Source: Octopus sinensis (Eukaryota). From it: a stretch of 64,000 nt of DNA. Below are positions 1-13,080 of this stretch, piece by piece. Numbering within the stretch: position 1 is the first letter of the stretch; the number at the start of each line of letters is the position of its first letter. The notes beneath the pieces were generated by a model. The model did not search any database and had not been told where the DNA came from. It worked only from the letters and a program-made list of their open reading frames with translations. Made by a program: the position numbers and the translations under genes. The stretch covers positions 119,536,001-119,600,000 of the forward strand of contig NC_042999.1 of assembly GCF_006345805.1 (NCBI RefSeq), written 5' to 3'.

Positions 1-136
1 TAAGCTTCAGCTTTCCTCATGTGTGAAAAATGAAACAGAAGGAATAAATAGAATCAAAAGGAAGAGGGAATATGATTTGATAGCTGTTTAATGACAACTA
101 CACATTTCGATACAACATAGATCACATATATAAAGG

Positions 137-174
<38 letters not shown>

Positions 175-259
175 GAGGCATATATATATATGTATAGCTA
201 TATTAAATCTCTGAGCAAGACGTGAACAGTAACAGTACAGAATTGTAAAATATATTTGC

Positions 260-575
260 CAACTAAATGTGACAGTTCCAACTAAAGTACAAATATATGG
301 GAAACTACCACCTGTATCATCTTTTGTGAAAGGTAGAAGAGTCCAGTTTGCTGGACATTGTTGTAAAGCTGAAAATGAGTTAATTTCTACTCTTCTCCTC
401 TGGAAGCCATCTGCTCATGATACCAGAGGGTGCACACTCTCCTACCCTGATGTAATCTCCAGGGATACAGTCATCCAGCAACAGGATCTCCGTAATACTA
501 TGATGGACCCTGAAGTCTGGCGTAACATAGTAAATTCCAGTGTCTCGACCATGGTTGAACAATGATGATGATTGT
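260..575 (+). mobile_element. LINE ORF2 C-terminal remnant (RTE/RTE-X-like), 5'-truncated, with short (TGA)n tail
   Basis: Translates QIYGKLPPVSSFVKGRRVQFAGHCCKAENELISTLLLWKPS...SYPDVISRDT...MMDPEVWR, matching the RRxxFAGHC..LLW.P...D.xxWR C-terminal LINE pattern; followed by tgatgatga. Confidence 0.7.
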
Positions 576-676
576 TATTTTTAGCCCCTGGAAGACATCT
601 CTTCCACATGGCTAACGACACACTGGCTATGTCCAATTAGTATTTGCAAGGGATGTGATTATGTCTGTATTGTATA

Positions 677-1545
677 TACAGAGTGTGATGGGTAAATTGT
701 CACCATTTTATATTTTTGATTTCGCGCATGTGCATTGTTTGTTTTTGATTTTGTCAACTACATGGTATAGTAGGGTCAGTTGGGCAATGTCAGTGAGAAA
801 AACAGCACCATGATGCAATTAACCTAGCCAGAAATTTGAAAACAACATGTTGTACAGCTTGGCATTCGTGCTGGAAGCTCCAATATGAACATTTCAGAGT
901 GTTTGGGTGTCAATCTGAGGACAGTGTATGTACCAAGAGTGATAAAAAACAAACATGCAATCAACATCACAGTGTTTGAAATGACCACTAATGATAACAA
1001 CGTTATGCCTCCATTCTTCATGCAGCCTCAGACTCAACACGGAGGCCTGCATCAATGGCCCAGAGGAAGTAGTGCTGCTCTAGATCAAAAGAGTGGCTTC
1101 TGGAAGACTCTATGTCTGGCAACAGGACTCTGCACCATGCTACACAAACAGAACTCAGTCACGGCTATCAGACAATTTCTGCAACCATATCACACCTAAA
1201 ATCTGGCCACCTAACTCCCCAGACTGTAGCCCCCTTCATTATTATGTATGGGTTCCAGTTGAGCAAGAGACCAACAAAACTCCTTGTAGCACCAAAAATG
1301 AACAGAAGGCAAGAATTACGGCAGCATTCACCAACTCATACAAGGAGACCATCCAGGAGAGTTGCAGAAGATTCTGAAGTTGTTTGGAGGCTGTGGTTGA
1401 AACTAATGATGATTTTATTGAATAAATTTAGTCTTTAGTATTTCAAGATATTTTTATGTAATTTTGGTAATTATACCTGTTTAAATGCGATGTCAATGTT
1501 ATTTTCATTTTTGTGTAATTTAGACGACAATATATTCACCTGCAT
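677..1545 (+). mobile_element. Internally deleted DD37D (maT-type) Tc1/mariner transposon
   Basis: YVWQQDSAPCYTNRTQSRLSDNFCNHITPKIWPPNSPDCSPLHYYVW...ETNKTPC...CRRF; degenerate TIRs cagagtgtgatgggtaaattgtc / gacaatatattcacctg; frameshifts, third D mutated to H. Confidence 0.85.
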
Positions 1546-2138
1546 ATATATGTGTGTGTGTGTGTGCGTGTTTGTATATATATATATATATACATACACA
1601 TACATGCATATATATACATATAAATATATATATACATACATACATACATGCATTCACACACACACACATATATATACACACATTTATATATATATTTATA
1701 TATACATACATATTTGCATGTATATATTCTATGTGTGGTTATTTGATCTATGTCCGAACTAATATACCAGAATTATTGTTTGAACAGACCACCTATATGA
1801 AAATTAGAGAAGACAGTAACTATAATAAATCAATAAATCATTAATTCAACAGATTGATGGGTGTGATCATCTCAACAAAAATCTGCCATCCATCAGGGGG
1901 GATTGATCTTTCTTTGATCTTTGATAAGCAATAAACTCCTTCCTCAACCATCACAACTTTTCCATATACTGCTCACTTTTCACTCTTCACTCTGACCTTG
2001 GCTTCAAGAAAAGCTCTGTATTAAGACATATATCATCATCACACAGAAATATATGTATGTATGTAAGCATCTCTATAAATATATATCTATATATATATAT
2101 ATCATCATCATCATATGTATATATGTATGTATGTATGC

Positions 2139-2245
<107 letters not shown>

Positions 2246-3176
2246 TATATATATATTTATAAACAAGGGCAAAAGAAAAATTATTTCTATGCCAAAATGC
2301 TGAGAACAGACTTTAAATTGTCAATTTCCACGTTACAATATACCTTCACTATAAATACACATCGTGCTGAAATCGAGGAAAGCAAGCTAACAGAAATTTT
2401 TTTTTTAATTCGTTATTTCTATATTGAATCAATTTCGGGGTTAATCCTATGGATTTTTCCCTCTTCAGTAGAAAACATGATGAAATACTTACAAGCACCC
2501 ATGGAAAAGAAGTAGAAGCAAGAGTCATGAGTACACATGAGCACCCCAGTTATATCTAAATGTAAAATCCTTTAGCAAGCCTCAGTACATGTGTGTCCTA
2601 TCATGAACCACAACAAATAGTGGATTCCAGTCCCGAAGTGAATGGTAATAAATCTACTACTAATATAGGATAAAATTTTTTTCAGAAAAAATTTCATCAA
2701 TAGTGGCAGCATATTGAAATACCTTTAATGGTTAAAATTTTAAACAATTCATATATATATACATATACATAATGAATGTTGGCTATAATTATGTCATTAC
2801 AGGAAACCACCTATTAGTGACCACAACATGCCATGCAAAACCAAATGTATTTAGAGAAGCATCTTATTTAAAACAAGACACCTGATAAGATGCATTCTGC
2901 ATTAGTAGATGCATCACAACTGGCTTTACAGGATCCCACCTGCAAGGGACAGATGCAGGATGGATTGAAATGATTGTTGTGTTGAATAAAGAATTTTGCA
3001 AACTCCATTTTCCATTTACTTCATTCATTATAAACTTAATGAATGCTGCAGAATTGCTGAGGTAGATCTAGAGACACTTAGATCAAAACTGTGGAGGACA
3101 CCAGCTAGTCTAAACAGTTAAAGTGCTTTAATTGGCATACTACTAACCTTATATCCAAGTTCCAAAGAATCTCTGA

Positions 3177-3256
<80 letters not shown>

Positions 3257-3419
3257 TCATCATCATTGTATCATCATATCTGCCTGTGGTTTTAGAGTCT
3301 GATGAGTTGTCCATCGGGCTAAGTCCTTTGTGGATATGCAACCATTGGTCTATCTATGACCAGACAAATACGTAACTGCAAATATAAAATATATATACAT
3401 ATAAGATGCACTTATGCTG

Positions 3420-3672
3420 CTGCCATGTAAAATGCACTCATGCCAGTGCCACATAGTAGACTCCACGCGAGTGGCACATTAAAAGCACCCAGCACAATCT
3501 CTCTAAAGTGAGTTGGCATCAAGAAGGGCATCCAGCCACAGAAACTATGCCAAACAGGCAGTTGGAGAGCCAGGAAACCTCTCTGTATGGCCAGTTCCTT
3601 GCCTAACTGGCTCACCCATACTAGCATGGAACATGGATAAATAGGATGCTTATGATGATGATGATGATGATG
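3420..3672 (+). mobile_element. LINE 3' UTR tail fragment ending in (GAT)n
   Basis: aaaagcacccag...gaagggcatccagcc...cccatactagcatgga...(gat)n, same as the 3' UTR attached to the ORF2 remnant at 42030-42640. Confidence 0.65.
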
Positions 3673-3771
3673 TGTGTGTGTGCATATATATATATTATAT
3701 ATATATATATAATATATATATATATATATGTATGTATATATATATATATGTGTATGTATGTATACATATCC

Positions 3772-3919
3772 ACAGGCATGGCTGTGTTGTAAGAAGCCTG
3801 CTTCCCAAACAGATGGTTCAGTCACACTGTGTGACACCTTGGGCAAGTGTCTTCTACTATAGCCTTGGGCCAATCAAAGGTTTGTAAGTAGATTTAGTAG
3901 ATGGAAACTGAATGAAGGC
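3772..3919 (+). mobile_element. SINE family B, 5' part (tRNA-like head)
   Basis: ggctgtgttgtaagaagc...ggttcagtcacactg...ttgggcaagtgtcttctactatagcc, matches full copy at 26015. Confidence 0.75.
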
Positions 3920-3964
3920 TTATATAGAAATAGATATAGATATAGATATCTTGAGAAAATATAT

Positions 3965-4542
3965 ATAGGGTAGGAAAATTAAAGATCACAAGTGATGGCA
4001 ATGTTATGCCTCCATTCATCTTTGCACATGGCCTCAGACTCATCAAGTGCATAGTAGAGATAGTGCTGCCCTGGCTCAAGAGGGTGGTTGCTGGAAGACT
4101 CTTTATCTAGCAACAGGAGTCAGCATCATGCTACACAAACAGGAGAACCCAGTCATGGCTGTCAGACAATTTCTGCAACCACATCATCCCTAAAATCTGG
4201 CCACCTGACTCCCCAGACTGCAACTCCCTTAATTATTATGTGTTGAGCACAGTTGGGTGAGAGACCAACAAAACTCCTAGCAACACTAAAGATGAACTGA
4301 AGGCAAGGATTATGACAGCATTCACCAACTTAAACAAGGAGACCATCCAAAAGAGTTGCAGGAGATTCCAAGGTTATCGGAGGCTGTAGTTGAAGCCAAT
4401 GACGATTTTATTGAATAAATTTATTCTTTAGTATTTCAAGATATTTTTATGTAATTTTGATAAATATATCTGTTAAAATGAGATGTCAGTGTTTTTTCAA
4501 ATTTGTGTAATTTAGACGAGAGTTTATTCCCTCCACCCTGTA
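3965..4542 (+). mobile_element. DD37D transposon 3' half, second copy of the 677-1545 family
   Basis: QQESASCYTNRRTQSWLSDNFCNHIIPKIWPPDSPDCNSLNYY (37-residue spacing, both D mutated)...KARIMTAFTNLNKETIQKSCRRF; ends ccaccctg|ta. Confidence 0.85.
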
Positions 4543-4819
4543 TGTATGTATATATATAAATATAAACTCTGTGCTGCTGAACATGTGATTTACTTTAAAA
4601 GATTCAGTTCCTCAGCTGTAGCCATGCACGTGATGTATACTAGATACAGAACTCTTGTAAAATGTGAATTTGGCATTTGATTGGTTGAGCAGTTTGTGGA
4701 AGCAGACTTTATCAATAAAATGAGAAACAGAAATAATTTTGAAGTGGTTTCAATGAATTACAAAGCTCCCTATCTCAAATTAGTCATTTATGAGGAAATA
4801 GTGGCATAGATGTTGTTGT

Positions 4820-5135
4820 TGTTAATGATGAGGGTGATGATGATGATGATGACAGCAATGATGTTGATCCTTATGACTGATGATTTTGATGATGGTGACT
4901 ATGACGACAAGGATTGCAATGATGATGTTCTTTAAGACTGATGATGATGATGAGGAGGATGACAATGTTAATAATGATGACCATAATGATGATGATGGCA
5001 ATAATGATGGCGATGACAAAGATGGTGATGACAATGCAGATGATGATGAGGATGATGGTGAGGAGAATGGCAATGACAATGATGATGATGATGATGGCGA
5101 TGATGATGGGGATGCTGGTGATGATAAAATGATAG
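4820..5135 (+). repeat. Degenerate (GAT)n low-complexity tract
   Basis: GAT/GAC/AAT triplets; gives the poly-Asp, poly-His and poly-Met ORFs. Confidence 0.9.
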
Positions 5136-6123
5136 TGAGTGGTTTAGTGTTTTGTAGTAGTAGTAATAGTAGTACAAGTAGTAGAAAAAAGAAAGAAAGA
5201 AAGAAGGAAAGAAAGAAAGAAAGGATGTAAAATGTGCTTGCTGTTAAAACTCCTCTTTGGTGACAGCGACTACCACAACAATATCAGTGAACTACAAAGC
5301 AACGTAAGACAACAAAGAAGATCACGATGAGAATGATGCGTGTGATGATTATAGCGACAACACCGATGCTGATGATGATTGCTATTTTGCAGCCAAATCT
5401 GTAGATAGAGACAGAATTCATAGCTCAACATGAAACAGTGTATGCAAATAGAAAGAAAATAGAATTACATAATCACAACTAAAACATAAACTGAGAATAA
5501 AAAGAACATAAACAAAATCAGAAAAAAGGAAGAAGATGATACTTTAAAACCAAAGCCTCTATAAATCTTACTTATGAACAGACACAGAGACATCAAGCAT
5601 AATTATATACATAATTGTATTGAGCCACATATAGCATTATGTTACAACCATTGAATTCATCTAGAATGTCTGCTCAGCATTTCAGAAATAATTATATATC
5701 CGAACTGCTATTAACTGACATTAATTATGTACAGTGATAGTGGACATAACTTTGTTTCATAAACTGAAAATGTAGTTGATGGATTTTCGTTTTTTGCGGG
5801 TTTTGGAGAATATGCTTTTATAGAGAGCTACAGATGTTACTAGAACTGTACACACACATTCACGCATACACACACACACACACACGCACACAGACATCTG
5901 CATGCGTGCACACATACACATGTGCACGCATGTACACACTCGCATTTTAGTTTAACTGAACGATGTGAAAATGAAGAATGGGGATTGGGTATCTGTTTTT
6001 ATCAAAAAGTATATAAATTATATCTTTAGATGACTTATTCAGTCTGTTTCATGATTGCAGAAGAAGAAAAGAAAAAAAATTACCCCCCTCCTGCTACACA
6101 CTCACACACACTCACAAGCATAC

Positions 6124-6167
<44 letters not shown>

Positions 6168-6244
6168 GTATATATATGTACATATGTATATCTTTACATA
6201 GTATATATATAATATATACACATACACACACACACATATATCTG

Positions 6245-6279
<35 letters not shown>

Positions 6280-6293
6280 TGTATATATATGTA

Positions 6294-6372
<79 letters not shown>

Positions 6373-6391
6373 ATATATATATGTATACATA

Positions 6392-6436
<45 letters not shown>

Positions 6437-6789
6437 ATGTGTATATATACTGCATATATGTATACACAATATATATACTCACACATACCCATGCACACAT
6501 TCATATATTATATTTAACATTTCCTTACAATCCAGATAAGATGTCTCAACTTCCATTTTTCTTTCATGGATTTCTGCGATCATATGAGAATTATCTACAT
6601 ACTTCCTGAGATTCTTTAAACACATTTTGTTTAAAGTAACTCATAACCACCAGTCCAGAATATCTCAAAGTAGATATTGTTTCAAATTCTGTTACAAGGC
6701 CAACAATTTCAACAAAGACGGTAAGTCAATCACGTTGACCCCAGTGCTTAACTGGTACTCACTTAAAGCCAAGTTGGCCTCAAAAAACA

Positions 6790-7025
6790 AAGATATCTTC
6801 TTGAGTCATGTTGCCTCATAAAGACCAGTTTCCTGGTTTCTATGGCTCATATATTCCCCACCTGAATGGGACACCAGTATATCACAGGATCACTAATTTT
6901 TGCCAGCTGGGTGGACTGGAGCAATGTGTAAGGAAGTGTTTTGCACAGGAGCACAACACATTGCCTGGTTCAGGAATCAAAATCACAGTCTTATGATCAT
7001 GAGTCCAACCACCTAACCACTAAGC
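6790..7025 (-). mobile_element. SINE family D (tRNA-like head plus conserved central block)
   Basis: gccagctgggtggactggagcaa...cacaacacattgcc...ggaatcaaaatc...taaccactaagc recurs at 24790, 31130 and 54620. Confidence 0.65.
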
Positions 7026-7733
7026 TACTAAGTCAACCTCAGTGAAATTTGAACTTAGAACATAAAGCTGAACAAACTGCCACTAAGCATTTTTCCCAGT
7101 GTGCTAACTGTTCTGCCAGCTTGCAATCTTATAAAAGGTAGATATTGATACATTAAATGGAAAAGTTCATATCAATAAAACAATGCTACAGCTAATTCTC
7201 TCTTAGCAAAAGAATGTAAAGGATATATACAGTTAAGACATGAATGAGATATGCAAAACATTGTAATTAAGATATATTTAAAATAATGAAATTCATGTCA
7301 CCAGTGATTCTGTGCACATTACAATAAAAAATATGTCAAACCCCCCAAAAAATTGCTGCATAGAAGCATTGCCTTGTCTCAATGGAACAACTCTCCTAAT
7401 CTACAAATTTAGATGTACAATTTAGCAGTATATACGAACAAAAGTCTCATTAACTATATAGTTTCTCAGCTCGTGAATTATTGTGTCATCTTATTGAATG
7501 TACTTGCAGTGAGGTTAACTGTGCCATTTAGAGTTATCTGTCTTAGCCATTGACATATTCCTGTCCTAGTGACTGGATATAAACCACTGGTTCTCTCTCT
7601 AGTTGTCTGACATGCTATTGATTTTTTACCATCAGCAGCTTTACCAGTCAAAATATAGCAATCAGATACTTTCAAAAATATATGTTAGGTTTATCTCTGT
7701 ATATATGTATATATATATGTATATGTATATATG

Positions 7734-7766
<33 letters not shown>

Positions 7767-7767
7767 A

Positions 7768-7808
<41 letters not shown>

Positions 7809-7811
7809 GTA

Positions 7812-7990
7812 AAAAGCACCCACTACACTCACGGAGTGGTTGGCGTTAGGAAGGGCATCCAGCTGTAGAAACATTGCCAGATAAGACTGCAGCCTGGTGC
7901 AGCCTTCTGGCTTCCCAGATCCCCGGTCGAACCGTCCAACCCATGCTAGCATGGAGAACGGACGTTAAACGATGATGATGATGATGATGA
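7812..7990 (+). mobile_element. Young-looking LINE 3' tail fragment in (TA)n
   Basis: ggcgttaggaagggcatccagctgtagaaac...aacccatgctagcatggagaacggacgttaaac(gat)n; CpGs retained. Confidence 0.75.
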
Positions 7991-8126
7991 TATATATGTA
8001 TATATACTGTAATGTATAATAGTATGGCGAATATAGTTTTGGTTTGTTACATTTCTGATGAAGAAATTGACAAGAAAGTGTCACAGGTCTTTCACCAGTT
8101 TTTATATCTGTGAAAAATTTACTAAT

Positions 8127-8163
<37 letters not shown>

Positions 8164-8264
8164 GTGTGTGTGTGTGTATGTGTGTGTACATGCATGTCTG
8201 TGAGTGTGTGTATATATATGATATATGTATGCATGTATGTATGCATATATGTATATATATATTT

Positions 8265-8730
8265 CGTTTTTGGATTTGGTTTGCAAAATTCTTTATATGA
8301 GTTCGAGTATTGAAGCATAGTCAAGACTATTGAAAAGGTCGCAACACACAACGAAAATTTTAGAGAATAAAAATATGAAATAAGTAGAAATTTTACTGGT
8401 GAGTGTGATAAATAATAAGGCACTAAAAGAGAATGACTCTCCCCAGACACAACAGAATATATATATATATATATATAAAGTTAATCCAAACAAGAAAGCA
8501 CAAAAAAACAACGCGAGGACGTGGAACAAATATAGTATTATTGTACGCTCAGGAAAGAAGGAATGAAGGAGAGTTTAACGTTTCGAGCAGAGCTCTTCGT
8601 CGGAAACATAGAAGGAAAGATCCAGAGAGGGGAAGACAGAGGAAAAACTCGCCAACAGTACACATGCGGTCACATTTTGAATGACCGGAAGGAATTGGGT
8701 GAAGAAAGTTCTTTCAAAGACAGGAGAGTG
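8265..8730 (-). mobile_element. Penelope-like element terminal (pLTR-type) fragment
   Basis: CpG-retaining repeat-like segment carrying a minimal hammerhead-type motif at 8573-8607; no RT or GIY-YIG coding seen. Confidence 0.45.
8573..8607 (-). ncRNA. Minimal type I hammerhead ribozyme-like motif (core variant CCGACGA)
   Basis: Minus strand GUUU-CCGACGA-A-GAGC(UCU)GCUC-GAAA-CGUU-AAAC: stem I GUUU/AAAC, stem II GAGC/GCUC, palindromic ACGU stem III. Confidence 0.5.
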
Positions 8731-10099
8731 CAAGAGGAGGTATGTGTGTGTAAGTATGGATATGTGCATGTGCGAAGGTCTGCGTGTGCATGTGCGTGTG
8801 TGTGTATGTGTGTATGTGTGCAATGATAACACGTGTGTGTGTGTGTGTGGTTGTGGCTGTTAATCTTTGCATGTTGTAGGGCCTAGTAGTGTTTAAGGTC
8901 AAGGAAGAAGGAATTGGGAGTGGCTCATATATATGTATATGTATATCATCTGGATAAGGTCCACTTTTCCATGCTTAGATGGTTCTCTGATGGAGTTCTT
9001 TGAAGTAGATTCTCTATGGCCAGATGTCTCTTTCCATCACCATGTCATACTTGTTTCTAAGGAAGGCAATATTTTGCTATATCCGAACCTATTTACGCAA
9101 AATATTAGAAATGGGTGATGTTTCTTCTATGACAATTGATTCTCACAACTATCATGCGATGTCAACAGAGAAACACAACACGCACTCATACATGCGTGTA
9201 CACACACACACACACAAAACGACAAATATCAAGAGTGGAGTTAGCAAATCAATATAATACATATGTATATACATAGATATATAAATATATAGACATGCAC
9301 ACACACACAAATGCATGCACACACACACAAATGCATGCACACACACACATGCACATGCACGTACACACATGCACATACACACACATACACATATGCGGTT
9401 TGGTTGAATACTCATAGGCTGGCTTATATTAGAATATACCCAAGACACCACACAGTGAAATTGAACTCAGGACCATGTATTTGTTATGCATACTTTTTTT
9501 TACCATGCAACCTTGTCTGCACTCATACTATTATGATAAATTCTGAGTTTTGATGCAAGGAGCCACAAATAACTAAAAAGTTAAATGAAACTGTTCATTT
9601 GAAGCCAAATATTTTTGTTTTCAATAAAAGAAAGGGTTAGTGATTATGATATGGTCTGGTAAATAGGCCATTTTTTAATTTCTCACTTCAGAATCACGCC
9701 AAAATCAAAATTTTCATTCTTTGAGAATCATGAAAAATATGAATTGTATAGTGTAAGGAAAGCATTGCTCCTGAAGAGCATTCTTTATATGAAATGAATA
9801 GAGTGCAGTGAGATGAAAAACTTTACCAGATAGATATGCAATTAGAAGATAAAACTACCTCTAGGGGTGTTTAAACTCTAAAAACAAGCAAAGGAAACAA
9901 CTCCAATGAAATCAAATAATCGAAATTTTTTGAAAATGACAAGATGGATAGGAGTATATCTTGTCTTTAAAGCTAAAAGATGAAGACAATAGAGGCATTT
10001 CTGTCTTATTTCATTTCTTTGTGTCACTTTTAGGTTATAATTTACTGTTTCTTTATTTTAATGTCTGTTTTTCTATACTGTCATTGATTAGAAGAGTTT

Positions 10100-10760
10100 A
10101 CAATATAGCACTTTTTCAAGTATCACAGATGTATTACCATTTCATCCATTTGTTTATTTTGCAGTTCTGACTGTTTCCAGTTGGTTTCTTTCCAAGCTCG
10201 CTTTGATCTATCTTCATTGGATTACTATGCATCAATGACTCAGAAATTTGTTACCTAGCATTTGTTTTCCATTCATGTTTCTCACAGATTTTTTTATTCT
10301 GTATACACCAGCCAAGTCCTAGTCGCTATTAATCACTTTCAATTGTACTCAGTCTGTTTCCAAGTTACTGTAGTATTTTGAATAAGCAATACTTAATTTG
10401 TATCCCTCCACCTTACCTCTAACCAAATTCTTCAGCTCCACTGCAGTTATTATTCATGATTTACCAATAAAGAAAATCACATGTTTTACACACCACATAA
10501 ATTCTTTTCATGATGAAGAGAAACTCATTGTTAGAAACAAATATAGTTGTTGTTGAACTCTTTCCAGCCTCTTCAAACCTTAGCCACTGTTCCACTATTA
10601 GCATCTACTCAGACAGTTTATATGACTTCAAGTTTCAGACGTTATTCACAATTTTCCAATCAGTTCATGGCTTTCAGTTTATGGCTGTTAGCTATTCCAT
10701 GACATCAGATTGACCTAATGTATGCCTGAAGTTTTGGTTTCCTGTCAGACTATAAGAAAT
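10100..10760 (-). mobile_element. Heavily decayed RTE-type LINE ORF2 remnant
   Basis: Minus strand LKLEVI*TV*VDANSGTVAKV*RGWKEF resembles the LE.V..F.YLG....VARVRSGWKKF region; many stops. Confidence 0.45.
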
Positions 10761-11468
10761 ATTTTTGTACACTTATTGCACAATCACATATCTTGAGTTT
10801 ATTGTCCCACACTTAGCAATCAATTGACTGATTACTGGTGCAATATAAGCCTGTTTAGTTAAAGGTGACTGAAGGTTACTTAACAGCAACAACAATAAGA
10901 AAGACCATAACTATTCCCCATTGTTTGAAATTTAATCCTTATATAATATTTATAGATAGTTCTAATTAATCTTACCCTGTTTGTATTATCAAGTTATCAA
11001 AACAAAATTTCTGATTTTCTAGCAAGAAAATTGTTCTCTTAGTCTGCTTAGTATATTCTTTCGACATTTACTATCAGTAGCTGTCTATTTATACACAATT
11101 TACTTCATCATATAAAGTCTAACAATTTAAAGCTGACAATTTAATGAATCAGTAAATTCAATATTTATAATTTTATTGTCAGGTTGGTATTTCAGCTGGT
11201 GAGTGTCAGTTTAGGTATTCTGTAATCCAGCAATAAGGCTAATTCTACTATTTCATCTATATATTACAAATTTGCTAAAGTCACTTATTTCCTACTATTC
11301 TTTATGACCAATCAAAGTCTAACAAACAGGTATATTTCATCTAAGTAAACTGAATATATACATATATAGTTAAATACATACACACACATACATGATTTAC
11401 AGCAGGTAAGTATATATTTGAGTGCATATGCATGTGTGTGTGTGCATGTGTGTGTGTATGTGTGTGTA

Positions 11469-11506
<38 letters not shown>

Positions 11507-11624
11507 CACTCATACACTTATATAGTGAATGTATGCTTGTATATTATTCTTGTGCCCTGTGTTTTGTTTCAATGGTATACTCTTCTGTAAATTATACACA
11601 CACACACACACATATATATATAAA

Positions 11625-11910
11625 ATACAAAATGAGACAAGAACGCAAAACATCCAGATAGCTAGGTGAGACAAAAAGGGACAACAAAACATCCAGATAG
11701 ACGATACAAAGAAAACAAGGATGGGTCATTCGAAGTTTGCTTTCTTCAGTCAAGCACCAGATTATCCTTGCAATTTTGGCTGATTATTCTTGAGTTTGCT
11801 CCAATGTGACCAGCCCCAAGGAAAAACCCTTTATTCCTTGGAAGTTGCAGCAAATGTATACAAAAACAGACAATGTTACACAAATATAAATACAATAAAA
11901 AAAACACAAT
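11625..11910. repeat. Interspersed repeat fragment with internal direct repeat caaaacatccagatag
   Basis: Two copies of aaaacatccagatag about 48 bp apart; looks like an octopus-type interspersed repeat (from recall); class uncertain. Confidence 0.35.
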
Positions 11911-11929
11911 ATATATATATATATATATT

Positions 11930-12317
11930 AATAAGTTGATGAAGAAGACAGAGCTCACTACTGTAGTGAAACAAAGCTCCATATTGAAGTAGCAGATATA
12001 GCCATATCACATGATTTCGAATATTGATGCATAGTATCTCAATTCTCAACAGTGGATCTTACTGGTCCTAGGGTGAATCTCAACCTGCCTTCTCAACTCA
12101 TAAGAAAGGCCGTTGAAAGCACATACTTTCAGAGTGTTTTCTTTAATAAATTGATGAGGCGAGTTGAGCTTAACCCTAGGTGCAGTAAGATCCACTGACA
12201 AGAATTGAGACACTATGCATCAAAATTCAAAATCACATGATATGGGTATATCTGTTATTTTAGTAGGGAACGTTGTCTCACTACATTAGGGAGCTATGTC
12301 TCCGTCATCAACTTATT
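11930..12317. mobile_element. Fold-back palindrome / MITE-like element, arms ~170 bp
   Basis: Left arm aataagttgatgaagaagacagagctc...ccatatcacatgatttcgaatattgatgcatagtatctcaattctc...cagtggatcttactg aligns to the reverse complement of the right arm along its length. Confidence 0.8.
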
Positions 12318-12469
12318 GAGATAGTGCATTTTGTGGATAATGAGATGTTTTGACTCTTATTTCTAGCAATGTTGGTACTACTTTGTACTCTTGTCACTTT
12401 AGTGACGTTTATAAATTTGCCTTTAGGTTTTAATTGCTAATAAGCCACCTACATTATTTATATATATAT

Positions 12470-12519
<50 letters not shown>

Positions 12520-12549
12520 TATTCTTGTTCAGCAAGAAATTTCAGAACT

Positions 12550-12778
12550 GTCGGTGAGCTGACAGAAACGTTAGCACAATGGGTGAACTACTTAACGGTA
12601 TTTTGTCTGCCGTTACGTTCTGAGTTCAAATTCCACTGAGGTCCACTTTGCATTTTGGGGTCGATAAAATTAAGTACCAGTTACGCACTGGGGTCGATGT
12701 AATCAACTTAATCCCTTTGTCTGTCCTTGTTTGTCCCCTCTATGTTTAGCCCCTTGTGGGCAATAAAGAAATAAGAAA
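12550..12778 (+). mobile_element. SINE family C, full copy
   Basis: ggtgagctgacagaaacgttagcac...ctgagttcaaattcc...taagtaccagttacgcactggggtcgatgtaatc...ccccttgtgggcaataaagaaataag; same as 16622 and 58500. Confidence 0.85.
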
Positions 12779-12899
12779 TTGCAGAACTGTCTTTCTCAGC
12801 CTACAAGGGACTACTATTGCTATCATTACTAATGGCAGTGACCTATTGTTTGTTCTTGTTGCAGCAAAAGTAGTGGTCTGTTGTTCCTTACTGGTAACG

Positions 12900-13080
12900 T
12901 TGAAGCATTATTTGTAAAGCTTAAATCACATGAAACTACTTTATCCCATCCTCTGTCTTCCTGCATGTCCTTCTTCCCTAAGTTCCGTCCGCTTTATGTG
13001 ATCACTTCTTTATTCAGCTGTCATCATCCATATGCATCACATGAACATACCGGTACTGCCTTCTCTCTTGCACACAACAT
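12900..13080 (-). mobile_element. Decayed RTE-type LINE C-terminal remnant
   Basis: [16 protein letters not shown]...GT*GRRTCRKT aligns to RLHWFGHVMCMDEDNCIKK...GRPKKT at 42140. Confidence 0.55.

Noticed and set aside
2493-2660. PAQR/AdipoR-like reading HTCTEAC*RILHLDITGV
   Set aside because: In-frame stop, short match and downstream spacing off; not supportable without a search.
4880-5230. 116-aa poly-Asp ORF resembling an acidic biomineralisation protein
   Set aside because: It lies in a (GAT)n tract open in several frames on both strands, with no signal peptide or splice context.
11715-11765. Minus-strand CUGAAGA...CGAA hammerhead-like string
   Set aside because: It lacks GAAA and has no stem I pairing.
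9692-12891. Plus-strand phase-compatible micro-exon chain (9692-9752, 11182-11197, 12863-12891)
   Set aside because: The peptide has no recognisable motif and the last piece borders a LINE remnant. It shows how easily such chains arise by chance.
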